From assembly GCF_006345805.1 (NCBI RefSeq), contig NC_043001.1, positions 42,780,001-42,844,000 of the forward strand: a stretch of DNA of 64,000 nt, given 5' to 3'. The DNA comes from Octopus sinensis. Lineage: Eukaryota. The translations under genes were made by a program, and so were the position numbers. Below, in pieces: positions 52,901 through 62,636 of the stretch (positions within the stretch are counted from its first letter, which is position 1; each line of letters begins with the position of its first letter). The notes beneath the pieces were generated by a model, which ran no database searches, was not told the DNA's origin, and saw only the letters and a program-made list of their open reading frames with translations.

Positions 52901-53141
52901 TAACTATACTGTCATTCTCTGTATTGATATTTATCCTTTTACATAGATCAGCAATATCCTTAAATAGTTTCTTTTTCATCATTTGTGCCTTAACCTTAAA
53001 TTGGCTATTATTTTTTTTTCTTCCTTACAGGATTTATGTTTTCCTGAAGAAGACCCTGACCTTAAAATCACATATTATGAAAGGAATTTTGAAGAGAATG
53101 AAGCTTTAGGCTTAAATGATATGAAAACTGACAATTATTAA
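29675..53141 (+). CDS. ZPR1: Zinc finger protein ZPR1, complete 14-coding-exon gene (441 aa)
   Basis: Exons 29675-29788, 30993-31154, 34603-34687, 37755-37825, 38937-39023, 39397-39437, 41721-41802, 42704-42778, 44257-44323, 44855-45015, 45377-45487, 49018-49107, 52015-52083 and 53031-53141 total 1326 nt with consistent phases. Two C4 fingers (CVNC..CDHC; CPNC..CEQC), each followed by the ZPR1 A/B domain ([42 protein letters not shown]), ending [10 protein letters not shown]. Confidence 0.97.
30450..30790 (+). mobile_element. Old RTE LINE fragment
   Basis: Decayed ...NFVCSRC...[11 protein letters not shown], equivalent to FVCGRC...[11 protein letters not shown] in the younger copies. Confidence 0.65.
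30993..31154 (+). CDS. ZPR1: ZPR1 coding exon 2
   Basis: ccag|[32 protein letters not shown]...IISKK|gtaaga. Confidence 0.96.
31918..32993 (+). mobile_element. Internally deleted piggyBac (PGBD4-like) element
   Basis: TTAA|CCCTTTCGTTAC ... GTAACGAAAGGG|TTAA; N-terminal transposase remnant [44 protein letters not shown]. Confidence 0.9.
33172..33391. mobile_element. TTAA-flanked MITE, same family as 7363-7578 in opposite orientation
   Basis: TTAA|CCCTTTAGCATT ... AATGCTAAAGGG|TTAA. Confidence 0.88.
33905..34222 (+). mobile_element. RTE LINE 3' end copy
   Basis: gttggcattaggaagggcatccagctgta... and (GAT)n tail. Confidence 0.75.
34603..34687 (+). CDS. ZPR1: ZPR1 coding exon 3
   Basis: tacag|[29 protein letters not shown]|gtgagt. 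Confidence 0.96.
35229..36794 (+). mobile_element. 5'-truncated RTE LINE in ZPR1 intron 3
   Basis: [23 protein letters not shown], Cys-rich insert, [22 protein letters not shown]; 3' UTR and tail. Confidence 0.93.
37755..37825 (+). CDS. ZPR1: ZPR1 coding exon 4
   Basis: tgcag|(S)[23 protein letters not shown]|gtaagt. Confidence 0.95.
38937..39023 (+). CDS. ZPR1: ZPR1 coding exon 5
   Basis: tctag|[29 protein letters not shown]|gtaagt. Confidence 0.95.
39397..39437 (+). CDS. ZPR1: ZPR1 coding exon 6 (41 nt, U12 AT donor)
   Basis: ttcag|[15 protein letters not shown]|atatccttt. Confidence 0.93.
39438..41720 (+). other. U12-type (minor spliceosome) AT-AC intron of ZPR1
   Basis: 5' ss ATATCCTTT, branch site TCCTTAAT at 41701-41708, 3' end AC at 41719-41720. 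Splicing joins ENP|HAP in frame. Confidence 0.93.
41721..41802 (+). CDS. ZPR1: ZPR1 coding exon 7 (AC acceptor)
   Basis: tccttaattt acttttccac|[28 protein letters not shown]|gtgagt. Confidence 0.92.
42075..42258 (-). mobile_element. tRNA-derived SINE, 5' part, decayed
   Basis: taccaaatccactcacaaagc...cccaaggtgccatgcagtggg. Confidence 0.75.
42704..42778 (+). CDS. ZPR1: ZPR1 coding exon 8
   Basis: tatag|[25 protein letters not shown]|gtatat; linker ending LKDE before VLSF. Confidence 0.88.
43400..43580 (+). mobile_element. Second SINE family, decayed
   Basis: gttctgagttcaaatcccac..gtcaactttgcctttcatc; a related fragment lies at ~38.75 kb. Confidence 0.55.
44257..44323 (+). CDS. ZPR1: ZPR1 coding exon 9 (U12 GT donor)
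   Basis: tatag|[23 protein letters not shown]|gtatcctttt. Confidence 0.94.
44324..44854 (+). other. U12-type GT-AG intron of ZPR1
   Basis: 5' ss GTATCCTTT, branch site CCTTAAC at 44840-44846, AG 8 nt later with no polypyrimidine tract. Confidence 0.9.
44855..45015 (+). CDS. ZPR1: ZPR1 coding exon 10
   Basis: ctag|(N)[28 protein letters not shown]...DLSRDVLK|gtatac. Confidence 0.96.
45377..45487 (+). CDS. ZPR1: ZPR1 coding exon 11
   Basis: tacag|[37 protein letters not shown]|gtaagt. Confidence 0.96.
45760..46150 (+). mobile_element. 3' end of a different RTE-clade LINE
   Basis: [12 protein letters not shown]...[11 protein letters not shown]...; ends in short CCTGA/CTTGA repeats. Confidence 0.65.
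46797..48620 (+). mobile_element. tRNA-SINE split by an RTE insertion (5' half 46797-46990, 3' half 48374-48620)
   Basis: Head and body are collinear with the reverse complement of 12806-13188; the break is in the central (TA)n. Confidence 0.8.
46991..48373 (-). mobile_element. 5'-truncated RTE LINE with tandemly amplified 3' UTR
   Basis: [19 protein letters not shown]...[13 protein letters not shown]; tail at 46991. Confidence 0.92.
49018..49107 (+). CDS. ZPR1: ZPR1 coding exon 12
   Basis: tgaag|[30 protein letters not shown]|gtaagt. Confidence 0.94.
50741..51981 (-). mobile_element. Full-length decayed mariner (DD34D) in ZPR1 intron 12
   Basis: TIR TATCA(A/G)(G/A)TCATT.A.AATGAAATGTCCAATTTT at both ends; WVPHKL, TYDEK, QDN-34[13 protein letters not shown]; several frameshifts. 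Confidence 0.92.
52015..52083 (+). CDS. ZPR1: ZPR1 coding exon 13
   Basis: tacag|[23 protein letters not shown]|gtaagc. Confidence 0.96.
53031..53141 (+). CDS. ZPR1: ZPR1 last coding exon 14
   Basis: tacag|[39 protein letters not shown]; AATAAA at 53445-53450. Confidence 0.96.
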   Translation, partial: DLCFPEEDPDLKITYYERNFEENEALGLNDMKTDNY

Positions 53142-53942
53142 GAAGATTTAATGCACCAAATAATATCCATTTTGATTTTAAAATACTATAAAGTTGCTAA
53201 TTGGTTTTAAAGATAATTGTTCTTATCTTTATTCACAGCTTAAATTTTGGCTTCTGGAAAATAGAAATAATGTTGGTTTCCATAAAATGTGAAGAATCCT
53301 GAGAGAAAATGCTCTCTTTAGGATATTGATAGTTCCAAGTTTAGTTACATTGTTCTCTTTCTAACCACTTCTGGGTTTGGTGTTATGCACAATATCTTGA
53401 GCAAATGTTACTTAACTATAATCTTTGGTTGACTAATTCTTTGTAATAAAATCAGTGTCAAACCTTATTTATCTCTTATGTTAATATTTGCAAACCTTTT
53501 CTTTTACCAATGTAAGTTGTTTGCTGACTACATTATGTTATGGATTGAGTAAAGTCTTTGATGTCAGAGGTTTTTGATTTATAACAATTTATTCAGCTTA
53601 TAAACCAACATCATAAAATGCATAGTCTACTTTGACAAGTTTGATGTAGATGCAAATTCAGTAGCTGTTGACTGGTGAAGAACTTTTGGAAATGAAATTT
53701 CATTGCTGAATGCTGTGAAGAGCACCTGACAAACTACAATACTAAACAAAATATGTCATTGACAGTGTATAAGTGGATACAATAGACTTTGATACAGTAA
53801 TTTCAATATTAGAAAAGGTGATATAAAAAAGAAATCTATTTGCCAGTAATAACTTAGTACAAGGTGACACCTACTTGGTAAAGTCTTTGATGATTTTCTT
53901 CAATTTCTGTATGATCTCAATAAAAATTGCACATTGTTGCCT

Positions 53943-54134
53943 GGCCCCCATGCCAGTGGCACATAAAAAGCACCCACTACACTCACGGAGTGGTTGACAT
54001 TAGGAAGGGTATCCAGCCGTAGAAACATTGCCAGATCAGACTGGGCCTGGTACAGCCTTCTGGCCTCCCAGACCCCAGTTGAACCGTCCAGCCCATGCTA
54101 GCATGGAAAGCGGATGCTAAATGATGATGATGAT
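53943..54134 (+). mobile_element. RTE tail SINE-like copy
   Basis: tgccagtggcacataaaaagcacccactacactc...(GAT)n; another short copy at ~54195-54322. Confidence 0.82.
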
Positions 54135-54724
54135 GTAAAGTGCAGCAACTGAACAATATCATGAGTAGCTGGTAAGGAATGCCTTCATAAATGAATTGTA
54201 CACAGATATCAGACTGGAAGGTGTACCAGACTCCAGTCTGGTGCAGCCTTACAGCTTGCTAGCCCTGGTCAAATCGTCCAACCCATGCCAGCATGGACAA
54301 TGGACATTAAATGATGATGATGTATATGCCAACATCTGTGAAACTCACAGTTATGATCAAACTAGAACTTTGGTATTACATCACAACTCTGAGACATTTC
54401 AACAACTTTGTTCTATGGTTGTAGCAGTATGTCAGGGTATATGGAAAAAGCTCATAAGCCTTTATGTATTCTTCAGCAAGCTAATGTTCGTTTTAAAGAT
54501 GTAACACTTGCAGGGATAATAAGTAAGAAATGCTGCTGGGTTTGTGGCTCTAATATTTATCCATGAGTAAAGTGAATACTTCTCATGCGGGGGGAAAAAT
54601 GTCACTGGGTAAGAGTTTGCCTGATGAAGAAGAAAGTTATGGTTTACGTTATTTCTTTGTGACTTCTCAATTGCTGCTCCTTGGTGTTTACACTCTCTTA
54701 CTGCAAAATCACAGTTAATGGAAA

Positions 54725-57700
54725 TTAAGGTTCATGACACCCTCTTGCAGACTACTTCGTTGATGGATGACAGGGACCTTCTCCTTGTGGCTGGTGACTT
54801 CAATAGACATGTTGGACAACATACAGGGGGCTTCCAAGGCGTACATGGAGGCTACGGTTTTGGTTCCCGCAATGAGGAGGGAACCAGCTTGCTGGAGTTC
54901 TGCAATGCAAATGATCTTATGGTTTGCAATACTAACTTCAGGAAATCTGCTAGTCACCTAGTCACTTACCGTTCTGGCAGATACACTAGCCAAATTGACT
55001 ACATCCTTTGCCAGAAAAAGGGAATGATGGCTGCTTAAAATTCCAAAACCTTCCCAGGCGAAGAATGTACCTCACAACATAAACTGGTAGTTAGTGACTT
55101 CAGGATCAGGGTTAAGTGGATGCCCAGAAGACGACCAGCATGGAGGAGAAGGAAGCTTAAGGATCCTGCGAATGGACAGAGATTTAGAGACCTGTTACTC
55201 GAAGCCTTTGACGAAATGGGGATATAGCTTAACACAATGTAGAAGACAACTGGAGGTTTCTATGGGATAACCTGCTGAGGGCCACTGACCAGATCTGTGG
55301 ATGGCGCAAAGTCCCCTCTCGACCCAAAATAACATGGTGGTGGAACAATGTTGTTGACAGGGCTATTAGAGTAAAGAAACAGGCTTGGAAGAACGGTGGT
55401 TGCAGGGAATTGTATCAGATTGCCAGCATGGAAGCTAGGAGACAGGTTTATTTAGCCAGAGGGGAAGCAGATAAGAAAAAATTTGTCAATGTTCTGAGCC
55501 GTGAGGACCGAAGACTTGAGGTATTTCGTGTTGCAAGACGGTGTGTGAGAGAGAATTGTGATGTAGGAGAGAAATGTGTCTGCATGGATGATGGTTCTCT
55601 TGCACTAAATAAGACTGCAAAGAGAGGTTTGGAGACGCCACTATGAAAGATTGCTGAATAAAGAAAATGAATGGGAGAAAGAGAGTCTGCCGAATGTCAA
55701 CCCAACAAAGGGACCAGCTATCTGAGTTGAAAGTACCTTGGTAGATAAAGCAATTAAGAATATGAAGATAGGGAAAGCTCCCGGCCCATCAGGAATCACT
55801 GCAGAGATGCTCAAAATATCTGGCAGTGTTGGCTATAGCCAAGTCACCCATATAGTTAACCAGGTGATACACGAAGGAGTCATACCCAATGATTGGTGTA
55901 GCAGCACCATAGTCAACTGCTACAAAGGTAAAAGTGATGCCTTAGATACAAATAATTACAGAGGTATCAAGTTGTTGGATCAGGTAATGAAGGTCAGGAG
56001 AGGGTCATAGCCCAATTAATTAGTGAGGGAATCAGTTTAGATGAGATGCAGTTGGGTTCGTGCCAGGGAAAAGCACCACTGATGCTATACAGTTGTGGCC
56101 AAAATGTTCAGAACAGCATTATTTTCGTCAGAAAAGTAGGTATAAGTTTTTATCAAAGTTGTTTTATATTCTATAATTTTCACAGTAAATACGATATTAT
56201 TTGTTATTGTCTGAAATTTTGGTGTAATTTGAGAGGATAATACAAAAGTTATGGATGAATTAGGGATTTACTGCAAAACCCATGGCGGCCAAAATGATCA
56301 GAACAGTTGCTTTTACTCCGTGTTTTAGTATATTTAACTGGCGAACTCTAATGTTTTGAATTTGTTTACGTGATGGTTCGTTTACTAAACATTAGTAAGA
56401 ATGTCTTCGTTAATATAATGCCACTTACTCCGTTACCAATTTGTCAGCAGATTATTAAGCTTCGAAAGAAGGATAATTTAAGTATTGGGTCTATTGCAAA
56501 GATCGTTAATAAGTCAAAAAGTGTTGTTCATGGTATTCTTAAGGTCTACGTTGATTGTGGTTTGTGTGAAGCAAGAAAATCTACAGGTAGGCCAAGGAAA
56601 ACAACCAAGAGAGAAGATCATGCTATAGTAAAGTTGGTTAAAAAGGACATTTAAAACTGCTGCTGCTGTTTCTCAGGAAATGAGCATTGTACTGAAGAAA
56701 ATTTTATCTCGAAAAACTGTGTCACGTCGTTTAGTTGAACATGACCTACAAGCAAGAGCACCTGCAGTGAAGCCCCTGATCAGCTCCAAGAATAAAAAGT
56801 GTCGTCTTACCATTGCAACCGAACATGTGTTGTGGTCTCAAGTAAAATGGCAAACGGTGCATTTCAGTGATGAATCTAAGTTTATGTTATTTAGCTCAGA
56901 TGGGAAAAGGTACGTTCGTCGAAAAGTAGGTGAAAAATTGTCGCCTAAATGCCTTAAGACTAGTGTTAAATTCAGTGGAGGAAGTGTCATGGTTTGGGGG
57001 ATGATATCTGGAGATGGTGTGGGCCCTTTGGTGTGATTACATGGAAAGGTAAATGCAGGAGTTTATAATCAACTTGTAAAAGATCATGTCTTGCCTGTGC
57101 TGAGAAATTCAACTAAGCGATCACCCATATTCATGCAGGACAATGCCCCATGTCACAAGGCCAAGGTGGTCATGAACTTCCTCAATGCTGAAAAGGTTAT
57201 TGTTATGGATTGGCCTGCTCAAAGCCCAGATCTCAATCCTATTGAAAATGTGTGGAATATTCTAGGAGAACGTTCGAAAGCCAGAAATCCTAAAACAACC
57301 GAGCAATTATGGAATGCCTTCAGGAAGAATGGAATAAGATCACCCAGCAAGAAATTCAAAATTTAATTTCTTCATGCAGTCGAAGATGTCAAAGTGTGAT
57401 TGAAGCTAAAGGTTTTCACACCAAATATTAAATAATTCCAGTATTCTCTGTCATTCTTGATTATTTTGTTATATTTTCAACCATTCTGATCATTTTGGCC
57501 ACCATGGGTTTTGCAGTAAATCACTAAATCATCCATAACCATTGCATTATCCTCTCAAATTACACCAAAATCTCAGACAATAACAATTAATATCGTATTT
57601 ATAGTCTGTGAAAATTATAGAATATAAAACAACTCTGATAAAAACTTATACCTACTTTTCTGACAAAAACAATGCCATCCTGAACATTTTGGCCGCAACT

Positions 57701-59544
57701 GTATATCTGGTAAGACAGCTGCAGGAGAAATACATAGCCAAAGATAAACCTCTGTACCTGGCTTTCGTTGACATGGAGAAAGCCTTTGACAGGGTCCCCT
57801 GATCCCTTATCTGGTGGTCAATGAGGAAACTAGGGATAGATGAATGGTTAGTGAGAGCCGTGCAAGCCATGTACAGAAATGCTGTCATTAAGGTGAGGGT
57901 TGGCAACGAGTACAGTGAAGAATTCTGGGTAGAGGTAGGTGTCCACCAAGGTTCAGTCCTCAGCCCCCTCCTATTTATCATAGTCCTCCAGGCAATAAGA
58001 GGAATTAAAGACAGAATGCCCCTGGGAGCTCCTCTATGCTGACGACCTTGCTGAGTCACTATCAGAACTAGAGGAGAAGTTTCAGGTGTGGAAGCAAGGA
58101 TTAGAACTGAAGGGCCTTAGAGTCAGCCTCGCTAAAACCAAAGTCTTAGTAAGTAGGAAGGCAGGCAAACCACAAATCCCTTCAGGTAGTTGGCCCTGCT
58201 TGATCTGTAGAAAAGGCGTAGGTAGAAATTCTATAAGATGTACCCAATGTAAGCTATGGACACATAAGAGGTGCAGCAATATCAAAGGAAGGCTAACTGG
58301 GAAGATAATTTTTGTATGTGGCAGATGCTCAGGAGCAATAAACACTGAAAATGGGCAGAGAACAACTTCCACCACATTCCAGGGAGAAAAACTAGAAGTA
58401 GTTGATAGCTTCCATTACCTAGGTGACCAAGTCACTAGTGGGGGAGGGTGCACTGAAAGTGTAGCTGCTAGAATAAGAATAGCCTGGTCAAAGTTCAGAG
58501 AGCTCTTACCTCTGCTGGGTACAAAGGGCCTCTTGCTCAGAGTAAAAGGTTGACTGTATGACGCATGTGTATGAAAAGCCATGCTACATGGCAGTGAAAC
58601 ATGGGCTGTGACTGCTGAGGACATGTGTAAGCTCGCAAGGAATGAAGCCAGTATGCTCCAATGGATGTGTAATGTCAGTGTGCATACTCGACAGTGTGTA
58701 AGTACCTTGAGAGATAAGTTGAACCTAAGAAGCATCAGATGTGGTGTGTAAGAGAGACGACTGCACTGGTATGGCCATGTGGCAAGAATGGATGTGGATA
58801 GCTGTGAGAAAAAGTGCTACACCCTAGCGGTTGAGGGAACCCGTGGAAAAGGTAAACCCAGGAAGACCTGGGATGAGGTGGTGAAGCATGACCTTTGAAC
58901 ATTAGGCCTCACTGAGGCAATGACTAGCGACCGGGACCTTTGGAAATATGCTGTGCTTGAGAAGACTTGGCAAGCCAAGTGTGACCATAACCTCGTGGCC
59001 TACGCCAGGGATGTAACCAGCCCATTTATGCGCACCTTTCCTTCATTGGACACTAAACTCTGCTTATGAAGACTTGTTGAGGCAAGTGAAATGAAAATCA
59101 AATTCGATGACTGGCATCTGTGCTAGTGGAGCACTAAGAGTACCATCTGAATGTAATCATTGCCAGAGCAACAAACCAGCTTCCGTGCCAGTGGCATGTA
59201 AAAAGCACCATTCAAGCGTGATCGTTACCTGTGGCGTCTTACTGGCACATGAAAAAAACATTCGAGCGAGGTCGTTGCCAGTACCATTGGACTGGCCCCT
59301 GTGCAGGTGGCACATAAAAAGTATTTGTGCATGGCCATTGCTAGTGCCACATGACTGGCCCTCGTGCCGGTGCCACGTAAAAACATTCACTACACTCTCA
59401 GAGTGGTTGACATTAGGAAGGGCATCCAGCTGTAGAAACTGCCAGATCAGATTGGAGCCTTGTGCAGCCATCTGGTTTGCCAGACCTCAGTCAAATTGTC
59501 CAACCCATGCTAGCATGGATAGCAGACATTAAATGATGATGATG
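54725..59544 (+). mobile_element. Long 5'-truncated RTE LINE (APE + RT), interrupted by a Tc1 element
   Basis: Endonuclease VAGDFNRHVG, NEEG..LLEFC, SQIDYIL; [47 protein letters not shown]; 3' UTR and (GAT)n tail; multiple stops and frameshifts. Confidence 0.95.
56090..57701 (+). mobile_element. Tc1 (DD34E) element with ~220-bp IR/DR-type TIRs; transposase pseudogene 56418-57431
   Basis: TA|CAGTTGTGGCCAAAATGTTCAG ... CTGAACATTTTGGCCGCAACTG|TA; GRPRKTT, FSDESKF, QDN-34aa-SPDLNPIENVW. Confidence 0.96.
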
Positions 59545-59789
59545 TCTTATCAGATTTTTGGTAACCAGTAAGTTTGGTTACTTATTCAACCTATTTCTCA
59601 CTGTATATACAAGTCCTTAGTTACTGCTCCTGTGATGGGCAAACAAGTGCACTGATGATCTTTTCTTAAATGACACTCCATATCCAAACACTTGTCTGGG
59701 CATTTGAAAGGATCTTTGTAGTGATGTGATTCTCAAGACAGATTTTTAAACAATGTTCTCAGTTACAATAGTATACAGAGGAAATAGAT

Positions 59790-60010
59790 CTGAGCTCAAG
59801 ATTTCAAACCTTGTAAATAATTCTGTATGTAGTCTGTCCACAAGGAAAAGGTACAAGCCATTGTTATTTGCAAACATAAAGAAGGATGTGAACCTATAGC
59901 TACTCAATCCATGAGGTTTAGTCCTGCTGATCAAGAGTTCATACCTTAAGAAATTCAATGGTTATTTTCTGAAGGGATTATGGAACACAGTGTATGCAAA
60001 TGTAAGAGAT
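59790..60010 (+). mobile_element. Decayed Gypsy pol fragment (protease-RT junction)
   Basis: With one frameshift: SVCSLST..LFANI / GCEPIATQSMRFSPADQEFI.*EIQWLFSEGIMEHS, resembling KPIATKSRRYS...FI..EV..LL.EGIIE.S. Confidence 0.55.
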
Positions 60011-60582
60011 GACTCTTGAGCATTACAAGAAGCAAATGTGCATTAATTATTCATTTACAATAAACATTTATACTCTTTACCAAACATAAAGACTATGGGG
60101 AACAGTTTAACAATTTATCACATATTCTCAATTTTTTATCATAAAAGTGCATATGACCTTCTGAACATTTTGACTGTGATAAGCCTTTTATGGTTTTGCA
60201 GCTATCAATTTACCTGAATATAGTTTGGTGTTACCAATGTTGTTGCTGTCTTGTAAAGAACCATAAATAAATGCATGGAAGAAGAGAACTTCTGTGACAT
60301 TTCCCCTTACAAACTCAAGGGGAAATCAGTGATTGACATCAAGCGGAACATGTAAACATAGGAAAGTTTGTGTTTGCTGCTGAAGTTGACTTTTAATGAA
60401 TCTAAATTTGTTAAAATTACAATGTCAATCAATCTTCTCAACTACCAAATTACAAATGGTTGAATTGAGCTGGACCTTGAATAACTGAAGCAATTTCAAC
60501 AATTGCTGTTATCAATATAAGTTTCTTTAGTTAGAAGTGGACATTCACAAAGTTTTTATCTTTCACATTATTCTATCTTTAA

Positions 60583-61432
60583 CCCCTTAATGGATTATCT
60601 CGGGTTTACTCGTGCATCGCAAATGTATCTTTTTAGAACCAGACGAGTATACTCGGTCAAAATTAACTTTTAATTTTAGCACTCAAACGAGTTTATTTGA
60701 TTTGTGTCGTTTCATTTTTGAGCAATCATGAATTTACTTGTGTTGTTTAAAAAAAAAGTAATTTTTCATTTGATGGATTTGGCTATCTGGAATGCTTATG
60801 TTTTGAATAAAGCATCATTGGAAAGTTCAGTTTCTGCTATGAAACCACTGAAATTTAGAATGCAAATAATCACCAAGTTTATTGAAAAATATAGGCCCTT
60901 ATTGCCTCCCACGAAACCAGGAAGACCATCATCGATCCCACATCCAACAAGATTTGCCCCAGCTGGTCACTTTCCCATGGAAATATCACCAAGTGATAAG
61001 AAAAAGAACCCTACCAGATAGTGTGAAAAATGTGCAGAGAAGAGAGACGCTAAAGGAAAGAAGATTTGGAGAGAAAGCAGGTACATGTGTGATGTCTTCA
61101 AGATAACTTTGTGTGTAACTCTTTGTTTTAAAAATTATTCTAAATAAACTATCTCATTTAAAAAAATTTCTTTTGATTTAAAAGCAATACATCTTATAAA
61201 AAATCGAAGATAGTTAAGTTATAGGTATTTTTTCAATGTCCGAGTTAACTCGTTTAACTCCTATAAATCCAAATGAGTAAAAGTACATTTTAATTTCTAT
61301 AATAAAAAATAAAGGAAACAAGATAAAAAAACTTTTTTTTGTAATTAACACAGCGTATATAATAAAAAAAGGAAATAAAAAAATATGCTTTGAAATGAAA
61401 CGCCATGTCAAAATAATCGATCCATTAAGGGG
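60583..61432 (+). mobile_element. Internally deleted piggyBac element (C-terminal transposase remnant)
   Basis: TTAA|CCCCTTAATGGAT ... ATCCATTAAGGGG|TTAA; KKVIFHLMDLAIWNAYVL...GHFP and Cys-rich tail (CEKC..SRYMC..LCV..CF). Confidence 0.9.
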
Positions 61433-61680
61433 TTAAACTGTTACTCTCTTCTCTTGCTCAATATGTTATTGTAGAAATATTTGCTACAAAACCATTTGTA
61501 AAATTCATTTGCTTCAAAATTACTTGTAAAAATTATTTGCTGTATCTATATAGCAAATAGCACTATACTTACTAGTAATGTAAAGGAATTCATTAATATT
61601 CTAGGAACGGATTGATCCTCTCTCCACTCATCTTCTCTTCTAGTCACTATTATTCTGCTAGCATAACTGAGGATAAATAA

Positions 61681-62636
61681 TGTTACGAACCACCTGCCGT
61701 CGCTCAAACTCTTCGGAAAACCCGGGACCCTACCAAGTCGAGCGACGACGATTTACCGGCCCGATCGATCGGCGAACTCGCCACGGACTCAGGGAGAGAG
61801 AGAATTCAGTGGGGGAAGGTGGCAGTGAACCCGGCAACCGGCGACCGGAGATAACAACAACAACAACAACAGGAAGAGACACAGAGGAAAGCAGTAGCTT
61901 ACATTTAAGAACAGTTTATACAATTATTACAACATCAAATAAAATGTGATTCATAGCAGGTACATTAAAGAAAATACAAGCAACAAAATCAAAGCATTTA
62001 AACAGTTCACGTCGTTCTGTTACAATCAAAGGCATGCACAATACAGAACATCAAAGCAATCAAAACAGTTCCCGTCGAATCAAAACAAATAATGTTCACA
62101 TTAACGATACAGTTCAATACATTAGAGTCTTTCTCCTTCTTTTTCAACAACTCTGTAACACAATTCACAATGTTCTTTATAATCTCATTTCTTTTTCTCT
62201 TTAGCACTGTTCTTTCTTTTTCCTCTTTCCTTCTTTCTCTCAAAATACAACAACCAAAAGACACAAACAAAACTTTACCAAACGTTCTTTCCAGTCTGCA
62301 ACAATTTCAGAAACTACTACCGTAATCGCCATGCCCTCTCGCCGCAATCTCTCCCAATTCCTTCTCAGCTCCTTAATCTTCTCTGCCTGTCTTCCTCTTT
62401 CACGTTCACTGTCACCACAGAAACCACCTGTCACTAACTTGCTCTGTCCCCAACTGACTAACAGACTCACATATCCTGCCTTTTAAAGAGGTGCTTCCTC
62501 GAACTTTCTTTCACCTGAAAAGGGTCGAAGGTCCCCCCCCAAAAGCCATCACTCTCTCCAGAATCTGACAGGACAAAGGATTTACTCACAAAAAGTCGGT
62601 CGCAAGCACTGTCCCTGAATTGACCTACTCATAACA
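61681..62636 (-). mobile_element. Solo LTR (Gypsy-like)
   Basis: TGTTACGA...TCATAACA termini (TG..CA, 7/8 inverted match), 4-bp flank ATAA on both sides, no coding capacity. Orientation is inferred. Confidence 0.72.
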
